A stretch of 64,000 nucleotides of DNA, from the NCBI GenBank assembly GCA_944383415.1, contig CALWPK010000001.1, positions 11,261 to 75,260 of the forward strand, read 5' to 3'. Of this stretch, positions 19,491 through 28,106 are shown piece after piece. The DNA is from an uncultured Clostridia bacterium (GTDB lineage: Bacteria; Bacillota; Clostridia; Christensenellales; UBA1242). The translations under genes were made by a program, and so were the position numbers. The notes under the pieces were generated by a model that was given only the letters and a program-made list of their open reading frames with translations, ran no database searches and was not told where the DNA came from. Positions within the stretch are counted from its first letter, which is position 1, and each line of letters begins with the position of its first letter.

Positions 19491-19948
19491 TATGCTATTT
19501 GAATTTTATTAAAATTTATAAAATTTTACACGCGCACTTTCTCTATTTTGCACCCTTCTCTTCTCTCATTGATTTCCCAGTGCCGACAAAAGATAGATTG
19601 AAATTTTGTTTAACAATAAATTTTATGCAAATTCGGCAAATTTATTTTTGCTATCTATCAGGACTTATTTTTTGCATTGCGTTAGGTTACTTCTGTTTTG
19701 TTGGTCTAGCATCTGATATTTTACATACATATTGCATTTTGCATTCTATCAACTTTTTGCAACCTCTATCCCATTGTTGTTTTACCTCCATTTATTCCAT
19801 TTTTATTCTTATCACAATTAAATATAAATTTTGAAAATTTTTATATTTTTTGTTTTTTTATGATATTCTTATTATTTTTTTCACGTTTTATCGTGTTTTT
19901 TCTATATTTTTTTATCATTTTTTATTTTATCCGAACATTGCATAAGAT

Positions 19949-19979
19949 AAAAAAACGATTATCTATCTAGATAACCGTT
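19949..19979 (-). terminator. Terminator downstream of the 401-aa gene
   Basis: Minus strand reads AACGGTTATCTA-ga-TAGATAATCGTT (one G-U pair, minus-strand specific), then TTTTTTT. Confidence 0.6.
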
Positions 19980-20156
19980 CTCATTCTGCCCTATCTATTT
20001 CGTTCCAGTATGCTAGGGTCAAAATTTTCGTTTTATAGATAATTTGCTATGTCAACTTCAAAAATCAAATTTTCATACCCGCACCGAAATCTAGGTATTG
20101 CATTTTGTGCTTGATGGTCAGATTCATTTTTTTCAAATTTAAACTAATAACTACAC

Positions 20157-21362
20157 CTATTGTTGCTGATTATTTTTCATCAGTATTAATGCTCTTAATG
20201 GCTCCTCCACTCTAGCTGCCAATTTGCCCTGCTGTTTGTATGTCTTTTTCAAATATTCTAGCAAAGCATCTGCGTCTCCATAAATTTCCACCATTCTTTC
20301 TACAATGCTCATAATCTCTTCGTGTTTCACTTCACGGATGTTGCGAAGGAAATAGTACATCGAGCCTAAATCGTTTTTACTCCTTCTTTTCGCCATTGCC
20401 TTCGCTAGTCGGTCAACTGCTGATTGCTTGATTGATTCGCCTATGTGCAACCGATCTAGATCACGTGCCGTCAGATACAATCCGTCCGCGTCCGTTCGCA
20501 AACTCAAGGTTGTGATCAACCTCGTCTTTTCACTATCTGGAATCTTGTCGCCATAGTTTAGCAGAAAGTCAGTGATTGAATTGAAGTTTCCATATTTGAT
20601 CAATTCTTTCGTCTTCGCATCAATCTCTTCCTGCTTCAATTGTGGTACTTTTTTGCTCTTTGATAGTCTCTCGGTTGCATTGATTGGATCGGACTTTTCA
20701 TCAGTCTCTGCATTTTCTGATTGAGATATCCTATTGCTTATGATTTTTTTAGGTTCTACATTGAGATTTTCTACCGCTTCAGGAGCCCTCTCTTCAACCT
20801 TCTCTGCTGGAGAATTGTGTGTATTTTTCACTGATGTGCTGTTTTCTAGATTATTTGTACCAACTTTGCCGACTTTATTTTTTTTGCTCTCGCCCAGTTT
20901 GCCATTTCTCTTTTTGGCAGATTCACTCTCTCCTTTATTGGCACTAGACCTTTGCTTTGTCTCATCTTGACCGACTTCTGCTAAATTGGGTTCTTTTGGC
21001 AATTTCCTCTGCTCGTCTTGCTTGGCAGACAATTCATTGTGAAATTTTTTAAAGTCAGCCAAAATTTCATTCTTTACCTTCGGATCAATATTCAGGTCTC
21101 TCAAAAAGTATAGTGTGAGCCCCAAAGCATTATATTGATTGTTCTTACGCAATTGCCACAAATCGTTGCGAATGATTTGAACAATGTAGTGTGTAAATTC
21201 TCCCTTCAATGCATTATCGATTGATGAATTGTTGATTAATGCCAAACACTGATTGAATACATCCGATCTTTTCGTTGTATACAGAAAAGAAATAAATTTC
21301 TTGATCTGATCAATTCCTTCTTTTAGTCGTTCTTCACGCACCGGCTCTCTTTTCTTAGACAT
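20157..21362 (-). CDS. Hypothetical protein (~401 aa): two related helical ends joined by a charged disordered linker
   Basis: ATG 21362 (MSKKREPV...) follows GGGGGAGGAG; the ORF-track TTG at 21377 overlaps that SD. No recognised domain. Confidence 0.75.
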   Translation of the reverse strand: MSKKREPVREERLKEGIDQIKKFISFLYTTKRSDVFNQCLALINNSSIDNALKGEFTHYIVQIIRNDLWQLRKNNQYNALGLTLYFLRDLNIDPKVKNEILADFKKFHNELSAKQDEQRKLPKEPNLAEVGQDETKQRSSANKGESESAKKRNGKLGESKKNKVGKVGTNNLENSTSVKNTHNSPAEKVEERAPEAVENLNVEPKKIISNRISQSENAETDEKSDPINATERLSKSKKVPQLKQEEIDAKTKELIKYGNFNSITDFLLNYGDKIPDSEKTRLITTLSLRTDADGLYLTARDLDRLHIGESIKQSAVDRLAKAMAKRRSKNDLGSMYYFLRNIREVKHEEIMSIVERMVEIYGDADALLEYLKKTYKQQGKLAARVEEPLRALILMKNNQQQ

Positions 21363-21794
21363 AAACTCCTCCCCCAATCGTTAAAATTTATGATATTCTA
21401 ACATTAAATAATCAACTTGTCAATATCTTAAGGAAAATTAATTTAGACTCACCGCAGGTATTTTGATAAAATTGAGACCATTCTATACGCTTGCCAAATA
21501 ATTATCTACAAAACGATATAGACCACAATATATTGACGTGATATAAGTCGCCACGAAGAATACGGTTTGTATAATACTATTTTCATTCACGCACTTGATT
21601 CGTCACGCATTTACGTCTCTTGATATATCACATTTACGATCGCGAATTCATCATATATGTTTCAGTCCTATGCGTTTTATCGTAAATATAACGAAATTTA
21701 TAGGCAACTACAAAATTCATTCACTGCAAGCCATTTTTCATCTCAATTTTATATTCAAATCAAGTTTTCAAAACATTTGCAAAATTCGAAAATT

Positions 21795-21803
21795 TGGTAT
21801 AAT
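21795..21803 (+). promoter_or_regulatory. Extended -10 (TGgTATAAT) 9 nt upstream of the recD2 ATG
   Basis: tttggtataat at 21793..21803, ATG at 21813. Only a weak AGG lies in between. Confidence 0.45.
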
Positions 21804-21812
21804 ATAGGTAAT

Positions 21813-24026
21813 ATGAAAATCACAGGTAGCGTTGACAATATAGTATTCAGGAATGAGGAAAACGGCTATTCAGTCGTCAATCTTTCTTGCGACAAAAAGA
21901 AAGTGACTGCCGTTGGCAATTTCCCCGAAATCTTTGAAGGACAGACTATAGAACTCTCTGGTGAATATGTGGTGAACAAAAAGTTCGGCGAGCAATTCAA
22001 AGCAGAAGAGATATCTGTAGTTGAGCCTACGACTCTGCCCGCTATTGAAAAATATTTGTCCAGCGGACTGATATACGGAATAGGTCCTGTGACTGCGAAA
22101 AAAATTGTGGATGAATTCAAAGAGGACACTTTGGCAATACTCGAATTCAATCCCGTGAAACTTAGCAAAATTCGAGGCATTAGCAAGCAAAAAGCAATAG
22201 AGATATCCAACGCATACAACGAAATGAAAGAGATGCAAAATGTCATAATGTTTTTGCAATCTCATTTTATCAGTACAAATTTAGCAATCAAAATATATAA
22301 TGTATACAAAAACAAAACGATAGAGGTTGTGAAAAACAATCCGTATCAACTCATTGAAGATATAGACGGAGTCGGTTTCACTACTGCCGACAAAATAGCA
22401 CTGAAGTTAGGCATTGATATGTATGGCGAAAATAGGATAAAAGCAGGATTAATTTTTACATTAAAAACATATAGTGAACGTGAAGGTCATACATATCTGC
22501 CACGTGAAGATTTAATTCAAAATTGTTTGAAAATTTTAAATTTTGACGAAAATGAACGCGAAATTGTGCAAAAAAGTGTGGATTATTTGCAAATTGAAGG
22601 ATTAATTAAAAATTTTTCATATCACGGAGAAGATATCTGCGTGCTGACGAAATTTTATTTCCAAGAAAAATACATTGCTAGAAAATTATATAAATTGTCG
22701 TACAATCAATTTGAAGAAAAGGTGAATTTCATTGACAGCATCAATCATTATCAACGTGTCCACAATATTGAACTTAACGGCGAGCAAACTGACGCCGTGC
22801 TGGCAAGTCAAACGAAAGGAGTGTCTGTGATCACGGGCGGTCCAGGCACGGGTAAAACTACGATTGTGCGATGCATTTTGGAACTTTTCAAACAACAAAA
22901 TAAACGCGTCTTACTCTGCGCACCTACAGGTAGAGCGGCAAAGAGATTGAGCGAAAGTGCGAATATGGAGGCAAAGACAATACATAGAGCGTTAGAGATG
23001 AACCCTACAGAAAATGACGGAATATTTCATAGAAATGAAAACAATCCGCTCGATGCAGACGTCATTGTTATCGATGAAATGAGTATGGTAGATGTAGGTC
23101 TATTTTATCATCTTCTGAAAGCCATACGTTCCACCGCGCGAATCATAATGGTAGGAGATAAAGATCAGTTGCCAAGTGTGGGTGCGGGAAATGTGCTTCG
23201 CGACATTATTGAATCAAATCGGTTGTGCGTCACTCAACTTGTGAATATTTATAGACAGGGAAATGACAGTTTGATTATTACCAACGCACATTTGATTAAT
23301 AGCGGAAAGATGCCAATAATTGACAATACGAGCAAAGACTTCTTTTATGAAAATGGGAAAGACTTGATCGCTAATAGCGAGACTATTGTCGATCTGGTCA
23401 GCACTCGCCTACCCAACTATTTTGGATACGATCCAAAAGACATTCAAGTGCTGGCACCTATGAAAGCCGGCCCGTGCGGAATCGACAATCTTAACAAACG
23501 TTTGCAAATGACTCTCAATCCGCATTATAACGGAGTCGAACTATTGTCTGACATATCGAGATTCCACGTTGGCGATAAGATTATGCAAACTCAGAATAAC
23601 TACGAACAAAAATTTGAAAAATACGAATCTAATGGAACTGTGCAAGAAGGGACTGGTGTCTTTAATGGAGACATAGGATATATCACTCATATCGCTCCTG
23701 ATACAAATGAAGTGACGATTCGTTTTGATGACGGCAAAGTATGCAAGTATGCAAAAACTGATCTATATCAAATAAGCCTCGCCTACGCCATCACGATACA
23801 CAAGAGTCAAGGGAGTGAATTTGATTGTGTCGTCATTCCTTTGGTGCCAGGTGCGCCGATTATCATCACTAGGAATTTGTTGTATACTGCGATAACGCGT
23901 GCAAAGAAAACGGTCGTATTGATTGGTAGCAAACAAGTTTTGGCACGTATGATCCACAACAACTACACAGCCAAACGTTATACTCTATTGAAAGACTTTT
24001 TAGTCGAAGAATTCAGTCAAGATTGA
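21813..24026 (+). CDS. recD2: ATP-dependent RecD2-type (SF1B) DNA helicase
   Basis: MKITGSVDNIVFRNEENGYSV... is a RecD2 N-terminus. Walker A GGPGTGKTT, Walker B VIVIDEMSMVD, C-terminal ...AITIHKSQGSEF... The 52 codons upstream in the ORF track are non-homologous. Confidence 0.92.
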   Translation: MKITGSVDNIVFRNEENGYSVVNLSCDKKKVTAVGNFPEIFEGQTIELSGEYVVNKKFGEQFKAEEISVVEPTTLPAIEKYLSSGLIYGIGPVTAKKIVDEFKEDTLAILEFNPVKLSKIRGISKQKAIEISNAYNEMKEMQNVIMFLQSHFISTNLAIKIYNVYKNKTIEVVKNNPYQLIEDIDGVGFTTADKIALKLGIDMYGENRIKAGLIFTLKTYSEREGHTYLPREDLIQNCLKILNFDENEREIVQKSVDYLQIEGLIKNFSYHGEDICVLTKFYFQEKYIARKLYKLSYNQFEEKVNFIDSINHYQRVHNIELNGEQTDAVLASQTKGVSVITGGPGTGKTTIVRCILELFKQQNKRVLLCAPTGRAAKRLSESANMEAKTIHRALEMNPTENDGIFHRNENNPLDADVIVIDEMSMVDVGLFYHLLKAIRSTARIIMVGDKDQLPSVGAGNVLRDIIESNRLCVTQLVNIYRQGNDSLIITNAHLINSGKMPIIDNTSKDFFYENGKDLIANSETIVDLVSTRLPNYFGYDPKDIQVLAPMKAGPCGIDNLNKRLQMTLNPHYNGVELLSDISRFHVGDKIMQTQNNYEQKFEKYESNGTVQEGTGVFNGDIGYITHIAPDTNEVTIRFDDGKVCKYAKTDLYQISLAYAITIHKSQGSEFDCVVIPLVPGAPIIITRNLLYTAITRAKKTVVLIGSKQVLARMIHNNYTAKRYTLLKDFLVEEFSQD

Positions 24027-24204
24027 TCACTTATCATCCGCTGGCCGTTATTAAAATTATTTGTCATTCAAACGCCTGGCAATTCTATATGTACTATTAT
24101 TGAATCAAAATTTAATGTGAATGATTGTTTGACTAAAATACGATCAAGCGTCCAAAACTAGAGTGATAAAATTTAACATTAAATTGTCATTGAACTCAAC
24201 GGTA

Positions 24205-24951
24205 TCACAATTTTTGATTGCCTAAACCGTGTGCGAAAGTCAACACATAGAGTCCTTTCGCTCCGTTTGATTTGATCATCTTGCTCAATTCGTTGGAAGT
24301 TGAACCCGTAGTGTAAACATCGTCAATTATTAAAATTGACTTATCCTTTATCATTCGCCTGTATTCGCTATTGAATTTGAACACTCCTTTCACATTCTCT
24401 TTTCTCTGTTTAAGATTCAGTTCCGCCTGACTAATATTATCCACAATTTTTGTGCATAAAATGTGGAAAGGTATATTCAATTTTTCTGCCAAACGTCTTG
24501 CCATCAACTCAGATTGATTATATCCTCTCTTCTTTTGTTTTGACACATAGAGAGGGACGCACGTTATAATATCTGGTGAGATTTCCCAAGTGGATAAATA
24601 TTCACAAAGATAATTTGCTAGTGGCTCGTATAAAAATTTCATCTTGCTGTATTTAAACTTGTGCACAACTGCCACCACCTTATCGCTGTATGCGAATACA
24701 CTTCTAGCCAAATTAAAATCAAAGTTATTTGCCTTGCAGTTTAGACACACTCCGTCATTGTCAAGTGCCACTGGCGCACCGCAACGCGAACACGAATGAG
24801 TAATGAATGGAAGAGTCTTTAAACAAGTTTCACAAGTGTCGTTATACGATTTTTCATTCAATTCTTCTCCGCAAAAAATACATTTAATATGACGTGGATA
24901 AAGTAAATCTAAAATATTTTCTTTCAGTTTGCCAAAATTTATCTTTTTCAT
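24205..24951 (-). CDS. comFC: ComF-family protein (ComFC-like phosphoribosyltransferase with N-terminal zinc fingers)
   Basis: CIFCGEE...CETC...CSRCG...CLNC N-terminus and PRTase motif ILIIDDVYTTGST. Confidence 0.88.
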   Translation of the reverse strand: MKKINFGKLKENILDLLYPRHIKCIFCGEELNEKSYNDTCETCLKTLPFITHSCSRCGAPVALDNDGVCLNCKANNFDFNLARSVFAYSDKVVAVVHKFKYSKMKFLYEPLANYLCEYLSTWEISPDIITCVPLYVSKQKKRGYNQSELMARRLAEKLNIPFHILCTKIVDNISQAELNLKQRKENVKGVFKFNSEYRRMIKDKSILIIDDVYTTGSTSNELSKMIKSNGAKGLYVLTFAHGLGNQKL

Positions 24952-25338
24952 TTTTCCTCATTGGTAAAACTATTAAAAAAATTTTTATTTTATCTATTTT
25001 TTTATTAAAATTTCACTATTTTCAGTATTTTTCTATAATTTTGAAATTTTTTAATAATTTTGCAAATATATTTTATTTTTATATTTTTTACTTTATTTTT
25101 AATTATAATTTATTATTTTATTTTTTTAATACATTTTTTAATTAATTTTTACTTTATTTTAATGCGTTTTTATTATTAATTTATCTTATTTAGTTATTTT
25201 TAATATTATTTATTTCAATATTTTATTTATAAAAACCATTTTTACTTATAATACACCATATCGAAATCAAAATCTTAAATTACCGTATATTAGAATATTT
25301 TATTTGCCTTTTTTCAATTATCACGGCAGTCAAGGAAT
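24952..25338. other. Extremely AT-rich spacer, T-rich on the plus strand
   Basis: Direct count over 25021..25260 gives 21 G+C in 240 nt (8.8 %). Dense T-tracts. The only ORF (24894..25145) is a compositional F/I/L/Y/N artefact. Confidence 0.8.
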
Positions 25339-25662
25339 TTATTTTGATATAAAATGAAAGGAATTTTTATTCTGAGGAAGTTTCGAATAACGATACAGAA
25401 TATCGAAATAATTATCTTTTTCTAGATCTATATTTAATTTTTCTCTCATAAGTGGATTGAAAACAAGTCTATCCACAAACTCTAGAAAAAAGTATGGCAA
25501 TGTTTTATAGGTCTTTTTCTTGACATCCATCAATTCAAAATTGATAAAACCATATTGCACTTTGAATTTTTCCATATCTTCAAGTGAGGTGTAGACATAG
25601 AGATTATCCACCTTTTCAATTTCGCCTAGCAAAAAATCTTTATAGCAAATTTTTATTTTCAT
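25339..25662 (-). CDS. Small protein resembling the HipA N-terminal subdomain / HipS (107 aa)
   Basis: GGAGG SD lies inside the upstream gene, with a 23-nt overlap with the kinase ORF. MKIKICYKDFLLGEIEKVDNLYVYT...LPYFFLEFV...NPLMREKL...DNYFDILYRYSKL...NSFHF follows the HipA-N pattern (beta start 'l.V.l.g..vG.l......f.Y', later 'f.nLLPeg..r', 'd.f.lL...g.d..Gal.f'). Confidence 0.5.
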   Translation of the reverse strand: MKIKICYKDFLLGEIEKVDNLYVYTSLEDMEKFKVQYGFINFELMDVKKKTYKTLPYFFLEFVDRLVFNPLMREKLNIDLEKDNYFDILYRYSKLPQNKNSFHFISK

Positions 25663-27235
25663 CTCCGACCTCCACTATGCCTAATTTTCCATCAAATCTC
25701 AAACCTATATCATTCAGTACTCGTTCATCATTATGCTTTATTTGCTTTTTAAATATCGCAGTGTAATATTTGAGATATCTTTTCAACAACTTTTTCGTCT
25801 TCAACAATTCATTCTTTTCTTCTATAGAAAGATCATTTCTTCTTTCAGTTTCCGCACACCAAGCACGCAATTCTTTGAATACTGGGTATTGAGCCGAAAA
25901 AGTGATACCTGCTGTATACTCTGCATAACTCTTAATCACTGGTCTTGAAAAAAGTATGGATTCGACATCAAAGAAAAAATATTTCAATTGATTGTATATG
26001 TTGGGTTCTATGAATCTTCGCTCCATCGCGTATGAAAGGATGGTGGTATTGTATTCTTTGCGTTTTTTATCCAAAATTTTCTTCGCGTTTTTAATTTCTG
26101 GAGAATCTGGATGTCTAGACAATTCTTCACATTCGTCATACCATTTCCACATAGCCAATTCTCCACTTTTTTGTTTCGTGAAATTTTTGTAACTATCACT
26201 AAAATTGCTCTCATCCATATACTCGCTAAGATCTTGTACAATTCTTTTCACAACCTTAACATATTCGTCTTCTTCCAGTTCAGTCTTGTGCCTTAACACC
26301 ACTGCGTATATCGCCTCTAGAGGAATAAATTTTGCACCCTCGCGTCTAAATCTACATTGCTCAATTTTTTCTTTGACGTTGGTCTGCGTCCTCTCCCACC
26401 AATCATCCAATTCTAACCTTGAAAACAATACATCAAGTCCATAATATTGCTCAAACTCTTTCTTGATATCTTCGAATTTTTCGCCAAAAAGAGTTTGAAA
26501 TTTAATCAGCATATCTTTATAAGTAGAATTCAACAATTTTTGCTGTTCCATCCCATAAATTTCGCAATCGTTAGGGTTCAATTTGAACAGCCTCGCATAG
26601 ACGCGCAAAAAGGCGTTGGCGTTGTCATAAATCGGTGCTAGATCCAATTTCTTCACCCCATTTATTTCCCTGATCGTAAAAGCGAAGTTTTGAGAATGCC
26701 TGTCCCTTTGATTCGTCAGATAATCAAAACACGACATTTTATTCAATTTTTCGATCAATTCTTTTCGATTGATTTCAACATCTTTAAATTCCTTAAATTT
26801 GTCGATTATAAGATCGGCAACCTCTTCACAAGTGGACGAATCAAGTCCATACTTTATCTTTCCACCAATGTCTCCATACAAAAAATGTTCACCGAAATCA
26901 GGAGAGATTATCCCAATTGCCCTTTGACTGTGGTCAACGGCGATACGATAATCTACACAGTCAGATCCAACCTTTTTGGCAATGAATGCTGTCAGCAGTT
27001 CGGCAAAAATCTCGTGCCGAGCAGGATATTGACTGAGCGTTGGATATTTTATGAAATATCTTCGTCCTTCAATAGTTTTAAATTTGCTTGCAGTCACGCC
27101 CGTGTTTGAGCAAAATTCCTCATTATCTTCACCTATAAAAATTAAGCCAGGCCTAGAAACACCTTCTATATCGCACGCCATTTCTTCATACAATTCATCC
27201 ATCAATTGTTCTCTTTCATATAAACTAATATCCAT
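25640..27235 (-). CDS. HipA-like Ser/Thr kinase core with a ~315-aa helical C-terminal extension (531 aa)
   Basis: G46-VTASKFK53; catalytic-loop-like D178-R-H-S-Q-N183-FAF (HipA DxHxxN); L199-A-P-I-Y-D204 (HipA 'LaPaYD'). No N-terminal HipA subdomain. Residues ~216..531 match nothing I recognise. Confidence 0.65.
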   Translation of the reverse strand: MDISLYEREQLMDELYEEMACDIEGVSRPGLIFIGEDNEEFCSNTGVTASKFKTIEGRRYFIKYPTLSQYPARHEIFAELLTAFIAKKVGSDCVDYRIAVDHSQRAIGIISPDFGEHFLYGDIGGKIKYGLDSSTCEEVADLIIDKFKEFKDVEINRKELIEKLNKMSCFDYLTNQRDRHSQNFAFTIREINGVKKLDLAPIYDNANAFLRVYARLFKLNPNDCEIYGMEQQKLLNSTYKDMLIKFQTLFGEKFEDIKKEFEQYYGLDVLFSRLELDDWWERTQTNVKEKIEQCRFRREGAKFIPLEAIYAVVLRHKTELEEDEYVKVVKRIVQDLSEYMDESNFSDSYKNFTKQKSGELAMWKWYDECEELSRHPDSPEIKNAKKILDKKRKEYNTTILSYAMERRFIEPNIYNQLKYFFFDVESILFSRPVIKSYAEYTAGITFSAQYPVFKELRAWCAETERRNDLSIEEKNELLKTKKLLKRYLKYYTAIFKKQIKHNDERVLNDIGLRFDGKLGIVEVGDENKNLL

Positions 27236-27242
27236 ATACTAT

Positions 27243-27271
27243 ATTCTAAATCAAATGTGTGATTTTGTCAA
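27243..27271 (-). promoter_or_regulatory. Sigma-A promoter placed for a leaderless kinase mRNA
   Basis: Minus strand reads TTGACA (27271..27266), 17 nt, TAGAAT (27248..27243), then only 7 nt (ATAGTAT) before the ATG at 27235. No SD. Confidence 0.6.
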
Positions 27272-27547
27272 TCATTAATATGGCAAACACAAGTCTTTAA
27301 AATCTTGAATTTCATATAATACGCTTGTATGATTGTTGTAGTATCTATCCATAACTACGATTTTCATAACCTAAGATCCTCATCTCCTAAATATACATTT
27401 GTGAACCGAAGTTTAAAAATGCACGCCTCTTGTACTACTAATTTTTAATTTTCCACTTGAAATATCAACAATACGAATCTTAATTTGCAAATGGACTTTA
27501 AATGACAATTTTTGCTAGATCGACATTTTTTTATTTATAAAATTTAT

Positions 27548-27577
27548 TTGACATAGCATTGCTAGATATGATACAAT
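27548..27577 (+). promoter_or_regulatory. Sigma-A type promoter of the small ORF
   Basis: TTGACA (27548..27553), 18 nt, TGA-TACAAT (27572..27577). Confidence 0.6.
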
Positions 27578-27605
27578 TAATTTGACCTTAAAGGAGGGTT
27601 TTATT

Positions 27606-27737
27606 ATGACAGAAATGGATGATTGGATTTACACAAATGAGACACAGGCTCCAGGACAACCTTTGCCTCCAAAAGATGGAGATGACAAAAAGAGTGGTAA
27701 TGATGAAAAGAGTGGTAATGATGAAAAGAAAGGGTAA
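27606..27737 (+). CDS. Small acidic/lysine-rich protein (43 aa), unannotated in the ORF track
   Basis: GGAGG (27593..27597) lies 8 nt before the ATG. Sequence MTEMDDWIYTNETQAPGQPLPPKDGDDKKSGNDEKSGNDEKKG. The terminator hairpin overlaps the stop codon. Confidence 0.55.
   Translation: MTEMDDWIYTNETQAPGQPLPPKDGDDKKSGNDEKSGNDEKKG
27688..27729 (+). repeat. 18-bp tandem repeat (2.3 copies) inside the small ORF
   Basis: aaaagagtggtaatgatg occurs at 27688..27705 and 27706..27723, then a partial aaaaga. It encodes KSGNDE-KSGNDE. Confidence 0.9.
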
Positions 27738-27752
27738 CTTACCCTTTTTTTT
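27730..27752 (+). terminator. Rho-independent terminator
   Basis: aagggta - act - taccctt followed by T8. Confidence 0.75.
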
Positions 27753-28063
27753 CATTAAATTCAAATCAAAAAATTATTTATAAAACAACCTACTATTTAA
27801 TTTTCTATCGTTGACACCTTTTGCTTATTTTAATTAATATTTTTATTTAAAATACTATTGATCATCTTTTATTTCAGATATTTTATTATATTTACATAAT
27901 TTTAATTGACATATACTTTCTATAATTTCATTCAATAAGCGACATTTTTGATTCACCAAAATGAAGATAGGGCGATGTTTTGTTACTGAGACACACCTGC
28001 ATATTGAATTTTTTGATAGTTCTCATTTATTTTTTTGGAGTTTATATTTTGTCTTACCCAAAG

Positions 28064-28091
28064 TAATAAAAAATAGCCCTATCAGGACTAT
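28064..28091 (-). terminator. Terminator of rplJ-rplL
   Basis: Minus strand reads ATAGTCCT-gat-AGGGCTAT (a G-U pair in the minus RNA; a C-A mismatch on the plus strand), then TTTTTTATT. Confidence 0.7.
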
Positions 28092-28106
28092 TTTTAGCAT
28101 AAAGAA

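Noticed and set aside
19484-19834. 116-aa ORF in the spacer upstream of the 1087-aa gene; similarly 24894..25145 (83 aa) and 21595..21807
   Set aside because: These are F/I/L/Y/C-rich translations of T-rich non-coding DNA. They have no SD and overlap promoter elements of real genes.
27275-27367. 30-codon minus-strand ORF (MKIVVMDRYYNNHTSVLYEIQDFKDLCLPY) ending 4 nt before the kinase -35 box, considered as a possible missing antitoxin or HipB
   Set aside because: It is too short for an HTH protein, has only a distant GAGG and no recognisable motif. It cannot be supported from sequence alone. It is worth a look only if ribosome profiling shows translation.
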